From Puniceicoccaceae bacterium (GTDB lineage: Bacteria > Verrucomicrobiota > Verrucomicrobiia > Opitutales > Oceanipulchritudinaceae), in assembly GCA_040830765.1 (NCBI GenBank), contig JBFOMH010000028.1, forward strand, positions 31,089 through 95,088: 64,000 nucleotides of DNA, in the 5' to 3' direction. The position numbers and the translations under genes were made by a program. A model generated the notes under the pieces. The model was not told where the DNA came from, did not search any database, and saw only the letters and a program-made list of their open reading frames with translations. This document shows, piece after piece, positions 36,567 to 47,446 of the stretch (within the stretch, counting starts at the first letter, position 1; each line of letters starts with the position of its first letter).

Positions 36567-37649
36567 TCAATGCCGGACCACCGGGTGGGACTTGGTGTGG
36601 TCCTCGGAAGAAGCGGCTAGGTCACGGGCGTCGGCGAGGAAGTCGTTGATGTCCTGTTCGGTGGTATCCCATGAGCACATCAGGCGGCAGCCACCGGCAC
36701 CGATGAAATCGTAGAACTGCCATCCGCGGGCGTAGAGGCCGGAGATGATCCGGTCCTCCATGCGGGCAAAAACGGCATTGGCCTCGCGGGGAAAGAGCAC
36801 CTTGACACCGTCGATGGCGCTGAGCCCTGCTTCCAGCTGGGCGGCCCGGTCGTTGGCGTTGGCGGCGTGGCGAAGCCAGGCGCCATCCTTGAGGATGCCC
36901 AGCCAGGGCGCGCTGAGGTAGCGCATCTTGGAACAGAGCTGGCCGGCCTGCTTGCAACGAAATTCAAACTCCTTGGCCAGTTCCTTGTTGAAGAAGACGA
37001 CGGCCTCCCCGATGGCGAGCCCGTTCTTGGTCCCGCCGAGGCAAAGGACATCCACCCCGGCCCGCCAGGTTATATCCTTTGGGGGGCAATTGAGGTGGGC
37101 GAGGGCATTGGCAAAGCGCGCGCCATCCATGTGAAGGTAGAGCCCCAGTCCATGCGTGATGGCCCCCAGTTGGCGCAGTTCGGCGGGGGAGTAGACCGTG
37201 CCCACTTCCGTGCTCTGGGTGATGCTGACCACCTTCGGTTTCGGGTAGTGGAGGTCGTTCCGGCGATGGACAACCGACTCCACGGCATCCGGGGCGACTT
37301 TGCCTCCGTCCCCCTCAACGAGCAGAATCTTGGAACCACCGGAGTAAAATTCCGGAGCGCCGCACTCATCGGTCTCCACGTGGGCCAGTTCGTGGCAAAT
37401 GACACTGTGGTAGCTGCGGCAGAGGCTGGCCAGGGACATCGAGTTGGCGGCGGTTCCATTGAAGGCAAAGAAGACCTCGCACTCCGTCTCGAAGATCTCG
37501 CGAATGGCCTCGCAGGCCTTGGCCGTCCATTCGTCCGTCCCGTAGGCGGCCGAGTGGCCCTGGTTGGCCGCTTCCATGGCCTCCCATGCTTCGGGGCAAA
37601 TGGGGGCGTTATTGTCGCTGGCGAGGTTTCTGGTTCGTGAAGGTTTCAT
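36567..37649 (-). CDS. ltaE: Low-specificity L-threonine aldolase
   Basis: ASDN, FNGTAANS, DECGAPE, HMDGARFANA, LGGTKNG. Confidence 0.9.
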   Translation of the reverse strand: MKPSRTRNLASDNNAPICPEAWEAMEAANQGHSAAYGTDEWTAKACEAIREIFETECEVFFAFNGTAANSMSLASLCRSYHSVICHELAHVETDECGAPEFYSGGSKILLVEGDGGKVAPDAVESVVHRRNDLHYPKPKVVSITQSTEVGTVYSPAELRQLGAITHGLGLYLHMDGARFANALAHLNCPPKDITWRAGVDVLCLGGTKNGLAIGEAVVFFNKELAKEFEFRCKQAGQLCSKMRYLSAPWLGILKDGAWLRHAANANDRAAQLEAGLSAIDGVKVLFPREANAVFARMEDRIISGLYARGWQFYDFIGAGGCRLMCSWDTTEQDINDFLADARDLAASSEDHTKSHPVVRH

Positions 37650-37736
37650 CGGTTTGAAGCATATTTTGTCCTGACAATGAGCATTGCAAATTGATAAGGA
37701 TCCTTAACAGTCGAACGTTTTAAGACCGTAAAGCAT

Positions 37737-39407
37737 ATGAGCGAACCAGACAACAGGTCCAAGAATTTTATCGAGGAAATCATTGAGGAAGATTTGGCCA
37801 GCGGAAAACACGAGACCATCGTGACCCGTTTCCCGCCCGAACCAAACGGCTACCTCCATGTCGGCCATGCGATGTCCATCTGCCTCAACGGAGGGCTGGC
37901 CCGGAAGTACAAGGGCCGTTTTCACCTGCGGTTTGACGACACAAACCCGGTGAAAGAAGAGACGGAATATGTCGAATCGATCATGGAGGACGTCAAGTGG
38001 CTGGGCATTGATTGGGGGGAGAATCTATTCTACGCATCCGATTACTTCGAGCAGCTCTACGAATGGGCCTGCCACCTGATCCACGAAGGCAAGGCTTATG
38101 TCGATGACTCGACCGCTGAGGAGATCCGCCGCATGCGGGGGAACCTGACCGAGCCCGGCGAGGAAAGCCCGTGGCGTAACCGTCCTGCGGAGGAGAGCAT
38201 GGACCTCTTCGAACGCATGCGCAAAGGGGAGTTCAAGGATGGCGAGAAGGTCCTTCGGGCCCGTATCGACATGTCCCATCCCAACATCAACATGCGTGAC
38301 CCTGTGCTTTACCGGATCGCCCACGCGCACCACCACCGGACCGGGGATAAATGGTGCATTTACCCGATGTATGACTTTGCCCATGGGCAGAGCGATGCCA
38401 TCGAAGGCATCACACACAGCATCTGCACCCTGGAGTTTGAGGATCACCGCCCCCTTTACAACTGGTTCATTGAGAACCTGCCCGTTCCGAGCACGCCACG
38501 TCAGATCGAGTTTGCCCGCCTCAACACGACCTACATGGTCACCTCGAAGCGCAAGCTCCTGCAGCTGGTCAAGGAAGGCCATGTCAATGGCTGGGACGAT
38601 CCCCGCATGCCAACGGTGAGTGGCATCCGGCGCCGCGGGTACACGCCCGAGGCTGTCCGTGAATTCTGTTCCCGGGTTGGCGTGGCCAAGCGCAACAAAA
38701 TCAATGACCTCGCCCTGATGGAGTTTTGTCTCCGGCAAGACCTCGAGGAAAAGGCGCTGCGCCGGATTGCGGTTCTCGATCCGGTCAAGGTGGTCATCAC
38801 CAACCTTCCCGAGGATGCCCGGGAGACCTACAAGGGACCGAATCATCCCGGAAATCCGGATATGGGCGAACGCGAAGTCGTCCTGACACGGGAGATCTAC
38901 ATCGAACGGGCCGACTTCATGGAGGATCCACCCAAGAAGTATTTCCGCCTCGCCCCCGGGCAGGAGGTGCGGTTGCGCTATGCCTGCTACATCACCGCTA
39001 CAGACGTCATCAAGGACGCCGATGGACAAATTACGGAAATCCATGCCGAGATGGATCCGGAATCACGCGGCGGCAGCACACCCGACGGCCGCCGGGTCAA
39101 GGGGACCATTCACTGGGTCAGTGCCACTGAGAATGTTCCGTTTGAAGCCAGGGTGTATGACAACCTGTTTACGAAGGAGGATCCGTCCGAGGTCGAAGAG
39201 GGTGGGGACTGGCTCGATAACCTAAATCCGCACTCGCTTGACGTTTCCACCGGCTACGGGGAACCGGCCCTGGCGGAGGCCAAGGTGGGAGATCGCTTTC
39301 AGTTTGAACGGACCGGATACTTCTGTGTCGACTCCGACAGCAAAGAGGGTGCCCTTGTTATCAACAAGTCCGTCGGCCTGCGGGATTCCTGGGGTAAGAA
39401 AAAGTAA
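37737..39407 (+). CDS. glnS: Glutamine--tRNA ligase
   Basis: [56 protein letters not shown]. Confidence 0.97.
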   Translation: MSEPDNRSKNFIEEIIEEDLASGKHETIVTRFPPEPNGYLHVGHAMSICLNGGLARKYKGRFHLRFDDTNPVKEETEYVESIMEDVKWLGIDWGENLFYASDYFEQLYEWACHLIHEGKAYVDDSTAEEIRRMRGNLTEPGEESPWRNRPAEESMDLFERMRKGEFKDGEKVLRARIDMSHPNINMRDPVLYRIAHAHHHRTGDKWCIYPMYDFAHGQSDAIEGITHSICTLEFEDHRPLYNWFIENLPVPSTPRQIEFARLNTTYMVTSKRKLLQLVKEGHVNGWDDPRMPTVSGIRRRGYTPEAVREFCSRVGVAKRNKINDLALMEFCLRQDLEEKALRRIAVLDPVKVVITNLPEDARETYKGPNHPGNPDMGEREVVLTREIYIERADFMEDPPKKYFRLAPGQEVRLRYACYITATDVIKDADGQITEIHAEMDPESRGGSTPDGRRVKGTIHWVSATENVPFEARVYDNLFTKEDPSEVEEGGDWLDNLNPHSLDVSTGYGEPALAEAKVGDRFQFERTGYFCVDSDSKEGALVINKSVGLRDSWGKKK

Positions 39408-39413
39408 CCCTTG

Positions 39414-40112
39414 TCAGGCAATCGCCTTGTGAATGGCGACAATTGAACCGGTCAATCCGGTAGCCTCAATGGCGCTGAATCCGGCGGCTGCCAACTCATC
39501 GCTGAGGCTGGCCTTGTCCGGGAAAGCCTCAATGCTGCCGGCCAGGTAATCGTAGGCGGCCTTGTCGCCGGTCGCCAAACGGGCCAGCTGCGGCAGGACA
39601 TATTTCAGATAGGGACCGTAAATGGGTCTCATCCAGGCATCCGGCTGGGTGAACTCAAGAACGAAGAGGGCGCCTCGGCCGGGCTTGAGAACGCGGCGCA
39701 TTTCGCAGAGTCCCTTGTGACGGTCCTCAAGGTTGCGCAACCCAAAGGCAATGGTCACCGCCTCGACACTTTCATCCGCCAAGGGCAGGTTGAGGCAGTC
39801 TCCAAAGCCGAAACTTAGTTCGCCCGGCAGTTTGCGTTCGTCCTGCTTGCGGCGTGCCTCGTCGAGCATCGGCTCGCAGAAGTCGAGTCCCCGGATGGAG
39901 CAGGTAACGGGAAGCTTGTCGCGCAGGGCCAGCGCCACATCCCCGCTGCCTGTTGCCAGGTCAGCCACCGCAGATGGTTCATGCCGAGCCACCGCCTTGA
40001 CCAGTCGGTAACGCCAGTAGAAATCCATGCCTCCACTGAGAAAGTGGTTGGCAAAGTCATAGCGTCCGGAGATTCCGGAAAACATGGTCTGGACGGATTT
40101 ACCTTCGGGCAT
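39414..40112 (-). CDS. ubiE: Ubiquinone/menaquinone biosynthesis methyltransferase
   Basis: [44 protein letters not shown]. Confidence 0.9.
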   Translation of the reverse strand: MPEGKSVQTMFSGISGRYDFANHFLSGGMDFYWRYRLVKAVARHEPSAVADLATGSGDVALALRDKLPVTCSIRGLDFCEPMLDEARRKQDERKLPGELSFGFGDCLNLPLADESVEAVTIAFGLRNLEDRHKGLCEMRRVLKPGRGALFVLEFTQPDAWMRPIYGPYLKYVLPQLARLATGDKAAYDYLAGSIEAFPDKASLSDELAAAGFSAIEATGLTGSIVAIHKAIA

Positions 40113-40120
40113 GGTTGTAT

Positions 40121-40169
40121 TAAGGACTAAGGACGAAAGACGAAGGACTAAGGACGAAAGACGAAGGAA
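40121..40169. repeat. Degenerate heptamer tandem repeat (7 x 7 bp)
   Basis: taaggac taaggac gaaagac gaaggac taaggac gaaagac gaaggaa. Confidence 0.85.
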
Positions 40170-40183
40170 AAGGTTGGCAGGAT

Positions 40184-41806
40184 TCAGGCATCCTTTTCCT
40201 CGGATTCCTCTGGTTCCGGTGGATTCTCCTGCGCATGGTTGAAGCTTTCGACGACCATTTTGGAAAGCTCGGCATCCGGGTTTTCCGCCATCGCGCGATT
40301 GATTTCAAACGTGGTGCTTCCGGTGTTGCGGGAGACAATCTTCAAGCCGTATTCGAGGTCTTTGAAGCGGTCCTCGCAAATGGCCCGGATGGTCTTGTCC
40401 CGGTCCACAGCCACGTCGATAAGGAGGTCGCAGGCTTCTTCACTGAAGGAAATCGTCATTCCGGCTGTGCTCTGGAATCGTTCAATGAACGCATCCAGTT
40501 CCTGCCGGAGGATATTGCGTTTCATGTGACTGTGCTCCTTGAGCAGACCCTTGAGGGCCTCCTGTGGGTCGGCCACAGTTTCACGGGTCACCTCGAATGA
40601 GGGGGCACCCGCTGATGGCAGTTCAAACTTGAAGTAGCGGAAGACCCGTTCGAAGACGGTCATCAATCCGCGGGCACCGGTTTTTTCCTGATAAGCCCGC
40701 TCCGAAATTTCATCGATGGCCTCGGTGGTCACCTTGAAATCGATACCGTAACCCTTGAAGTCCTGGGTGTACTGTTCGAGGAGGTTGTCCTCGGCGCTGG
40801 TCAGGATGGCGGCAAGGTCCTTTGCTGCCAGGGGATCGCAGGCCACCCGCACCGGTAAGCGGCCAACGAATTCCGGTTCGAATCCGTACTTGATAAGGTC
40901 GTTGGTCTCGACGTTGTGGAGGTACTCGCTGGCTTCCCGGTCAATGATTTCACGCGTGTTGCCAAAACCAATGGAGTTGGCCTCGAGGCGTTTTTTGACG
41001 GATTCGGCCAGTTTGTCGAAGGCACCACTGACGATGAAAAGAATGTGCCGGGTATTGATACTGCGTTTGCGGGGCTTGCCTCCACGACTGGCCTCCATCA
41101 TGGCACTCATCTGGGCCATCATGTCGGTGGGGCTGAAAAGGTTGACGTCGGTGTCCTCCATCAGCTTGAGGAGATTGATTTGCACCCCTCGGCCCGATAC
41201 GTCTTTGCCCCCGGCAACGTTGCTGGCCGCGGCGATCTTGTCGATTTCGTCAATATAGATAATACCGTACTGTGCCAGGTCTGCATTTGAACCGGAGACC
41301 TTGTAGAGATCACGGACCAGGTCCTCCACATCCGCCCCGACATAGCCGGTCTCGGAAAACTTGGTTGCGTCGGCCTTCACAAACGGAACCCCAATCAGCT
41401 TGGAAATGTGCCGCATGATAAAGGTCTTCCCAACACCAGTCGGTCCAAGGAGGAGAATGTTTTGCTTGTGGTAGTCCTTTTCCAACAGCTTCGGGTTCTC
41501 CAGGCATTGCCGGACATGGTTGTAATGGTCACAAATCGCCACGGAGAGAACCTTTTTTGCCTCCTGCTGCTGAATGACGAAACGATCCAGGTAATCCCGG
41601 ATTTCCCGGGGCTTGAAATTGAAATGCCGAATGCGTTCCAGGGCCTCCTCAGCCTCCTGATCCTGCTTGGAGGGGCCATCCTCGGCGGATTTCTGGGGTG
41701 GAACCTGCTGTCCCGGCATGACACCCGTAATCTGGACATTACCACTCCGCAGGGCGTCCTGCAGCTTCTCCTGGAGTTCTTCCAAAGGTGTTTTATCTTT
41801 GCTCAT
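40184..41806 (-). CDS. ClpX-like AAA+ ATPase without N-terminal zinc finger
   Basis: [40 protein letters not shown] loop, [14 protein letters not shown]. Confidence 0.88.
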   Translation of the reverse strand: MSKDKTPLEELQEKLQDALRSGNVQITGVMPGQQVPPQKSAEDGPSKQDQEAEEALERIRHFNFKPREIRDYLDRFVIQQQEAKKVLSVAICDHYNHVRQCLENPKLLEKDYHKQNILLLGPTGVGKTFIMRHISKLIGVPFVKADATKFSETGYVGADVEDLVRDLYKVSGSNADLAQYGIIYIDEIDKIAAASNVAGGKDVSGRGVQINLLKLMEDTDVNLFSPTDMMAQMSAMMEASRGGKPRKRSINTRHILFIVSGAFDKLAESVKKRLEANSIGFGNTREIIDREASEYLHNVETNDLIKYGFEPEFVGRLPVRVACDPLAAKDLAAILTSAEDNLLEQYTQDFKGYGIDFKVTTEAIDEISERAYQEKTGARGLMTVFERVFRYFKFELPSAGAPSFEVTRETVADPQEALKGLLKEHSHMKRNILRQELDAFIERFQSTAGMTISFSEEACDLLIDVAVDRDKTIRAICEDRFKDLEYGLKIVSRNTGSTTFEINRAMAENPDAELSKMVVESFNHAQENPPEPEESEEKDA

Positions 41807-41903
41807 TGGTGATGTTTTGTATTGGCACTCTTGACAGCATGTGCCTGCTTATTAAGGAATTACTGTAAATCTAGAGAATTTCCAAAGTTAAACCAATATT
41901 CCC

Positions 41904-42230
41904 ATGTCCGCAAACCTGACCAAGAGAGATATCGTCCTCAGTATTCATAATGAGGTCAAGACCGAGTACCCTGAAGTCTCTCAGAAGGCCATTCGAGAAA
42001 TCGTACAGCGGACCCTCGACGAAATTTCCAGTGCCCTGTCATCTGGCAAGAATGTCGAGCTGCGGAATTTTGGTGTGTTTGAAGTTCAGGTCCGCAAGGC
42101 CCGGATCGGCCGCAATCCCAACCGGCCGGAGAAGGATGTCGTCATTCCTGAGCGGTCGGTCATCAAGTTCAAGTCCGGCAAGGAACTCAAGGCCAACCTC
42201 AAGGACCTGGACAACAACCGGCAGGCTTAA
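41904..42230 (+). CDS. HU/IHF family DNA-binding protein
   Basis: VELRNFGVFEV, ARIGRNP, KFKSGK. Confidence 0.93.
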   Translation: MSANLTKRDIVLSIHNEVKTEYPEVSQKAIREIVQRTLDEISSALSSGKNVELRNFGVFEVQVRKARIGRNPNRPEKDVVIPERSVIKFKSGKELKANLKDLDNNRQA

Positions 42231-42248
42231 GGTTGCCCAACCAGCGCC

Positions 42249-43610
42249 ATGTTTGAAGTGCTGCCGGGTTTCAGGGATTTCTATCCCGAGGATTGCCGGA
42301 AACGGAACTACATTTTCCGCCAGTGGACCAACTGGGCCCGCCGCTTCGATTTTCTTGAGTATGATATCCCAACGCTTGAACCGTTGGACCTCTTCACCCG
42401 CAAGAGCGGGGAAGAAATTGTCAGCCAGCTCTTCCACTTTGTTGATCAGGGTGAACGGGCAGTTGCCTTGCGTCCCGAATTGACACCTTCCCTGGCCCGC
42501 ATGGTGGGCAGCAAGATAAACAGTCTTAAGCGGCCGGTAAAGTGGTTCAACATCGCGGAGAACTTCCGTTACGAGCGGCAACAAAAGGGGCGGCTGCGGT
42601 CGCACTACCAGTTTAATGCCGATATCTTTGGCGAAGCGGGTCCCCAGGCGGATGCTGAAGTCATGGCACTGGCGGTCAGCGTCTTGCGTGAGTTCGGCTT
42701 CAGGCCGGGAGATATCAAGCTGCGCCTCAGTGATCGACGTCTCTGGACCCTTTTCCTGGAAGGACTCGGATTTTCAGGGGATACTGCCCTCGAGGTGCTG
42801 GCGGTCATCGACAAGATGGAGCGCATGTCTGCCGAGGACCTTCGCGAAAAGCTGAAGCCCTTCTTCAATGATGCGGTGGATGATTTCCTCGGTTCTGTCG
42901 AATTACTCCGCGCCCAGCGGGATATTAACGGGTTGCAGGAAGTTGTCTCAAATCTTGCTCCCACAGCGGAACTGAAGGAATCGTTCATCAGCCGCACCGG
43001 GGAGTGGAGACTCCTCCTCGACTCCCTGGAAGCCCATGGAGTGGGGGACTACATCCAGATCGATCTGGGAATTGTCCGGGGACTCGCCTATTACACGGGC
43101 TTTGTTTTTGAGATTTTCACCACCGACAAGGAGGGACGTCCCACGGGTCGGGCCCTGGCCGGTGGTGGACGCTTTGACCATCTGGTCGGCCTGCTCGGTT
43201 ATCCGGAAGTTCCCGCGGTCGGTTTTGGGATGGGGGATGTGGTCCTTGCCGACGCTTTGGAGGAAACAGGTCTCCTGCCGCCCCTGGTCGATGGTCCGGA
43301 TTTTTATTGTGTCACCGGTGGCAGTGAGGAACGGCTTATGGCCCTGCAAGACGCAACCGTGCTGCGCTCGCTCGGTTACCGGGTCAGTTACGCCCTCAAG
43401 TCGACAGGCTTTGGCAAGCAGTTCAAGCTGGCTGGCCAGAGTGGAGCCCGCTTTGCCCTGATTTATGGGGATGAAGAGCGGGAGAGGGATGTCGTCAAGG
43501 TACGTGACCTGCAAAGCGGTGGCGAAACAGAGCTCCCCAGAGCCAGCCTGGCCAAATTAATTGGCGACTTGATGAGCGAAGGTATTGAAAAATCCGGCTC
43601 ATCGGAGTAA
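42249..43610 (+). CDS. hisS: Histidine--tRNA ligase
   Basis: PGFRDFYP, LRPELTPSLAR, FRYERQQKGRLR, VRGLAYYTG, GGGRFD. Confidence 0.96.
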   Translation: MFEVLPGFRDFYPEDCRKRNYIFRQWTNWARRFDFLEYDIPTLEPLDLFTRKSGEEIVSQLFHFVDQGERAVALRPELTPSLARMVGSKINSLKRPVKWFNIAENFRYERQQKGRLRSHYQFNADIFGEAGPQADAEVMALAVSVLREFGFRPGDIKLRLSDRRLWTLFLEGLGFSGDTALEVLAVIDKMERMSAEDLREKLKPFFNDAVDDFLGSVELLRAQRDINGLQEVVSNLAPTAELKESFISRTGEWRLLLDSLEAHGVGDYIQIDLGIVRGLAYYTGFVFEIFTTDKEGRPTGRALAGGGRFDHLVGLLGYPEVPAVGFGMGDVVLADALEETGLLPPLVDGPDFYCVTGGSEERLMALQDATVLRSLGYRVSYALKSTGFGKQFKLAGQSGARFALIYGDEERERDVVKVRDLQSGGETELPRASLAKLIGDLMSEGIEKSGSSE

Positions 43611-43620
43611 TACAGCCTTT

Positions 43621-44511
43621 ATGAGAAAAGCAAACGTCTCCATGATCGTCGGCATCATTGTCGTCGTCCTGGTTGTCCTCTTCGGCAGCCGCTTCTTCAA
43701 ATCCGTCCCAGCCGGCCATGTGGCTGTGGCCACCCTCTTTGGGTCCGTTGTCGACAAGCCCTACGAGTCCGGCCTGCACATTCCGGTGAACCCGCTCTAT
43801 GAGTGGACGCTTTTTGACATCCGTGAAAAGACCCACACCGAGACGGCAGCCGTTCCCAGCCAGGACCAGCTGCAAACCGAAATCGATGTCAGTGTCCGCT
43901 TCAGCGTTAACGGTGAACTCGCCCCAAGTACCTACCAGAACTTCGGCACGACCACCATGCTCATCACCAACCAGCTGACTCCGGCCCTGCGGTCCATCCT
44001 TCGGGAGGCAGGAAAGAGCATTCCCCGGGCAGAGGACTTCTTTCTCGAAGAGACTCAGAACATGTTGCAGGAGAACATGATGAGCGCCTTGCGCACGGAT
44101 CTTGAGCCCAAGGGATTGAAGATTGACCGGGTGCTTATTCGCAGCATCACCCTGCCGCCGTTCATCATGAAGGCCATCGAGGCCAAGAAGGAGCGGGAAC
44201 AGGAAGTCGAGAAGCAGAAAGCCGAGCTGGAGCGCTACCGCACCGAACAGCAGCAGTTGCTGGCCCAAGCCACTGCACAGCGCCAGGCCGCTGAAGAGCA
44301 GGCCAAGCAGATTGAACTCCTGGCAGACGCCCGGGCCTACGAGATCCGTCAGCTCAATGAGGCCATAGCGGAGAATCCTGCTTACCTGCAACTGCAGGCC
44401 ATGGAAGCTCTCAAGGAAATTTCCAAGGACCCGAGCTCGAAGATTTACTTTATAAATGGCGATAGTCCGCAACCGCTGCCCCTGATGAATATCGGTGATG
44501 TCCTGAAATGA
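43621..44511 (+). CDS. SPFH/prohibitin (band 7) family protein
   Basis: N-terminal TM, VPAGHVAV..GLHIPVNP, VPSQDQL, C-terminal coiled coil. Confidence 0.88.
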   Translation: MRKANVSMIVGIIVVVLVVLFGSRFFKSVPAGHVAVATLFGSVVDKPYESGLHIPVNPLYEWTLFDIREKTHTETAAVPSQDQLQTEIDVSVRFSVNGELAPSTYQNFGTTTMLITNQLTPALRSILREAGKSIPRAEDFFLEETQNMLQENMMSALRTDLEPKGLKIDRVLIRSITLPPFIMKAIEAKKEREQEVEKQKAELERYRTEQQQLLAQATAQRQAAEEQAKQIELLADARAYEIRQLNEAIAENPAYLQLQAMEALKEISKDPSSKIYFINGDSPQPLPLMNIGDVLK

Positions 44512-46607
44512 GGCATTGCCGCTTTCTTTCCCTTCTGGTCCTGATCACGGTTTTCGTGGTCACAGGGGTCGCTCAACCTGTTGAGGAGACCGTTGAGGAC
44601 AAAGTTAAGCTGCTACGCCAAATCTGCCGCTATTCCCCATCTGCAGCAATAGAAATGGCGCAGGCGGAAGGCTTGCTACCTGAATTGGCCGCGACCCGGC
44701 AACAGTCCATTGAGTTGATCCTTACCCTGGCACCGGCCATTGCCATGCAAAAGGGGTTTGAAACGACACGACAGGAGTTGCAGAGCCTGCTGGTGGAGGT
44801 CCTGATGGCACCGACACCGGATGACGTGATCGTTCGCATACAGGCGGCGTTGGCCGATCTTAGCACCCGCAACGGGGAATATGAAGCCGGACTGGGCTAT
44901 TTCCTCGAGGGATTGAAGGGTATTCGGCCGGAGGCCGAGCTATCAACCAAGCTCTATCTGCTGGAATCAGGAATCCGGGCAAGTTTGCGTCTTGGCCGGC
45001 CATTCCTGGCCAGGGACATGCTTCAAAAAGTGGAGACCCTTGGCGGTTTCGCGAATACGGAGTGTCAGGCGGCCAGCTTCCTGTTGCGGGCCATGACAGA
45101 TGCAGATTGCGGGGATGCTGACAAGATGCACGGTGTCCTTGAGCAAATCGAGGTTGAGCCGGGTCTCCTTTTTCGTGAGGAGGTCCTCAAGCAGTTCTGG
45201 TTACAGAAGGCTAATTTCGCCCTCCTGACAAACAAGCCGATCCTTGTTGAACGCTTCCTCGACGAAGCAGAGGCTTCTGAGGAAGGTATCGAGAATTCCA
45301 CGACAATGGGATGGTTTTATTGGTACCGGGCTGTTCATGCGGCTTGGATGGGGGATGAAGATGCCGTTGTTCGCCAATTCCTCGACCAATCCGCTGATGC
45401 CTTCCAGGGTGCCGGAAGTCCGGGTACCTATCCTTCCTTGCTGGCTCAATACGCCCGGGAGTATCTGGCAAATCCGCGAGTCTCGTTGCAGAAACCGTTT
45501 CTAGACGAGCTGGCTGCTTTCGCTTTTCGTGATGGCGATTCCCATGTGGTTGCCTTTGCAAATGCCGCCCGCGGGGAACTCTTGAAGCAATCTGGGAATT
45601 CTGATGCTGCCTACACCGCTGCAAGGACTTGCTACGGTCTGCTGGGTAATGCCATGACCCGTGCGGACCGGCTGGAATCGGAGTGGAATGCTTATCAGGG
45701 CAACCTTTTCCAGGAGGAGGTTGAACCCAAGTCGAAACCGTTGTTTTACACGGTCCTGCTTTTCCTGCTTTTCGCGATACTGGTGCTTGTCCTGATTCTA
45801 AGGATACGGACTCAGCACCATATTAACGAACGATTACGCGAATCGGTTGAAAAGTCCCGCATCGCCGAGGAGGCCGCGGAACATGCAAACCGGCTCAAGA
45901 GCCAGTTTGTTTCCAATATCAGTCATGAGATCAAGGCCCCGATGAGTGGACTGGTCGGAATGGCCAGTATCCTCGATGAACTGGTGACGGACCCGGCCCA
46001 GCGCAAGTACCTCGACACCATTCGTGTCTGCAGTCGCAATCTTCTGGTCCTGATGGATGACCTGCTGGATCTTGGCCGGATGGAGTCCGGCCGGCTTGAA
46101 ATGGAGCAACTGCCATTTCGTCCCTCGGAGATCTTCAGCTATTGCGAGCAGCTGGCCCTGCGTCAGGTGAATCAAAAAAACCTGCGTTTGGAACTGGAGA
46201 TAGACGAGACCGTACCGGATGTAGTCATCGGTGACTCAACCCGGTTCGGACAGGTCCTGACCAACCTCATCAACAATGCCATCAAGTATACTGAGGATGG
46301 CCATGTACGGGTTGCGGCGCGCTACGAAAAACTTACGGGGGACTCCGGCCGCATGATTATCGACATCTCCGATACAGGAGTGGGGATCTCTGCTGAACGG
46401 CTCAATACAGTCTTCGAGCCCTTCAACCAGAGCGGCAAGGAAACATCCGCTGAACCGGACGGTAACGGACTTGGCCTGGCCATCAGCAAGCGGCTGGTCG
46501 ATCTCATGAGTGGCTCGATCATGGTTGTCAGTGACGAGGGCAAGGGATCCACTTTCACGGTGACCATTCCGTTCGATGAGCACTTTGAAGATCCGGAAAG
46601 CGCCTGA
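44508..46607 (+). CDS. Membrane sensor histidine kinase with large helical periplasmic region
   Basis: KSQFVSNISHEIKAP, NLINNAIKYT, DTGVGI, GNGLGL; signal peptide and one TM; no receiver domain. Confidence 0.9.
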   Translation: MRHCRFLSLLVLITVFVVTGVAQPVEETVEDKVKLLRQICRYSPSAAIEMAQAEGLLPELAATRQQSIELILTLAPAIAMQKGFETTRQELQSLLVEVLMAPTPDDVIVRIQAALADLSTRNGEYEAGLGYFLEGLKGIRPEAELSTKLYLLESGIRASLRLGRPFLARDMLQKVETLGGFANTECQAASFLLRAMTDADCGDADKMHGVLEQIEVEPGLLFREEVLKQFWLQKANFALLTNKPILVERFLDEAEASEEGIENSTTMGWFYWYRAVHAAWMGDEDAVVRQFLDQSADAFQGAGSPGTYPSLLAQYAREYLANPRVSLQKPFLDELAAFAFRDGDSHVVAFANAARGELLKQSGNSDAAYTAARTCYGLLGNAMTRADRLESEWNAYQGNLFQEEVEPKSKPLFYTVLLFLLFAILVLVLILRIRTQHHINERLRESVEKSRIAEEAAEHANRLKSQFVSNISHEIKAPMSGLVGMASILDELVTDPAQRKYLDTIRVCSRNLLVLMDDLLDLGRMESGRLEMEQLPFRPSEIFSYCEQLALRQVNQKNLRLELEIDETVPDVVIGDSTRFGQVLTNLINNAIKYTEDGHVRVAARYEKLTGDSGRMIIDISDTGVGISAERLNTVFEPFNQSGKETSAEPDGNGLGLAISKRLVDLMSGSIMVVSDEGKGSTFTVTIPFDEHFEDPESA

Positions 46608-46609
46608 GT

Positions 46610-47437
46610 ATGAGCCTGGTCAAGCCTACAGACTCCTTCCCGGATAAATCCCTTATCGCAATGATAGGATTACGCCCCTTGCCTGGTTCACCCGGTTACG
46701 GTGGTAGCATTCAGTCAATTATCGACCGGGCAATGGAGGATTTGCAGCATTACAAGTCTGCAGGGGCGGATGCGGTCCTTCTGGAAAACAGTGGGGACCT
46801 GCCCTATATCAAGCCGCCCCTGACGGACGAGGCCTGCCGCCTGGTGGAGCAGATTTGTTCCCTTGTCCGGATGGAGTACGAACGTCCAGTTGGCTTGCAA
46901 CTACTGGAAGCAGCCAACCTGCAGGCGATACAAATCGCAGCCGCCTGCAAACTGGACTTCATTCGTGCTGAGGGCTATGTCTTTGCCCACATCGGTGGCG
47001 CCGGCCTTATCGAGGGCTGTGCCGGGGCTCTGCTGCGTGAGCGGAAGCGGCTGCGGGCCGACCATCTCCGGGTTTTCGCGGATGTTCGCAAGAAGCACTG
47101 CTCGCATGCCTTGACAGGTGATTTGGACCTTGAGGAACATGTCCGGCAAGCGGACTTTTTTCATGCCGACGGGATAATCATAACCGGGCCCCGGACCGGT
47201 GCCGAGCCTGATACGGCTGATTTAGAGGCGGCCCAAGCCGCTTGCAAACTTCCCATTCTCATTGGATCCGGTCTGGATCCGGATAACATGGAGCGGTTTT
47301 TTCCATATGCCGACGGCTTTATTGTCGGCTCCACCTTCCGCAGAGGGGGGGCATTCCTCGAGGATTTGTGTCCCGAAAGACTGAATCGCTTCATGGATGT
47401 GTTTCAGCGCTTGAAATCCCAGCCTGCTGACGGATAA
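46610..47437 (+). CDS. BtpA/SgcQ family protein
   Basis: PLPGSP, LENSGDLPY, ADVRKKH, ILIGSG, FIVGS. Confidence 0.88.
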   Translation: MSLVKPTDSFPDKSLIAMIGLRPLPGSPGYGGSIQSIIDRAMEDLQHYKSAGADAVLLENSGDLPYIKPPLTDEACRLVEQICSLVRMEYERPVGLQLLEAANLQAIQIAAACKLDFIRAEGYVFAHIGGAGLIEGCAGALLRERKRLRADHLRVFADVRKKHCSHALTGDLDLEEHVRQADFFHADGIIITGPRTGAEPDTADLEAAQAACKLPILIGSGLDPDNMERFFPYADGFIVGSTFRRGGAFLEDLCPERLNRFMDVFQRLKSQPADG

Positions 47438-47446
47438 TGCAGCACC

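Noticed and set aside
41822..41848. CIRCE/HrcA operator or sigma54 promoter between the ClpX-like gene and HU
   Set aside because: Left arm TTGGCACTC resembles CIRCE, but the right arm is poor and mis-spaced; no GC at -12 for sigma54. The embedded TTGACA is more likely a sigma70 -35.
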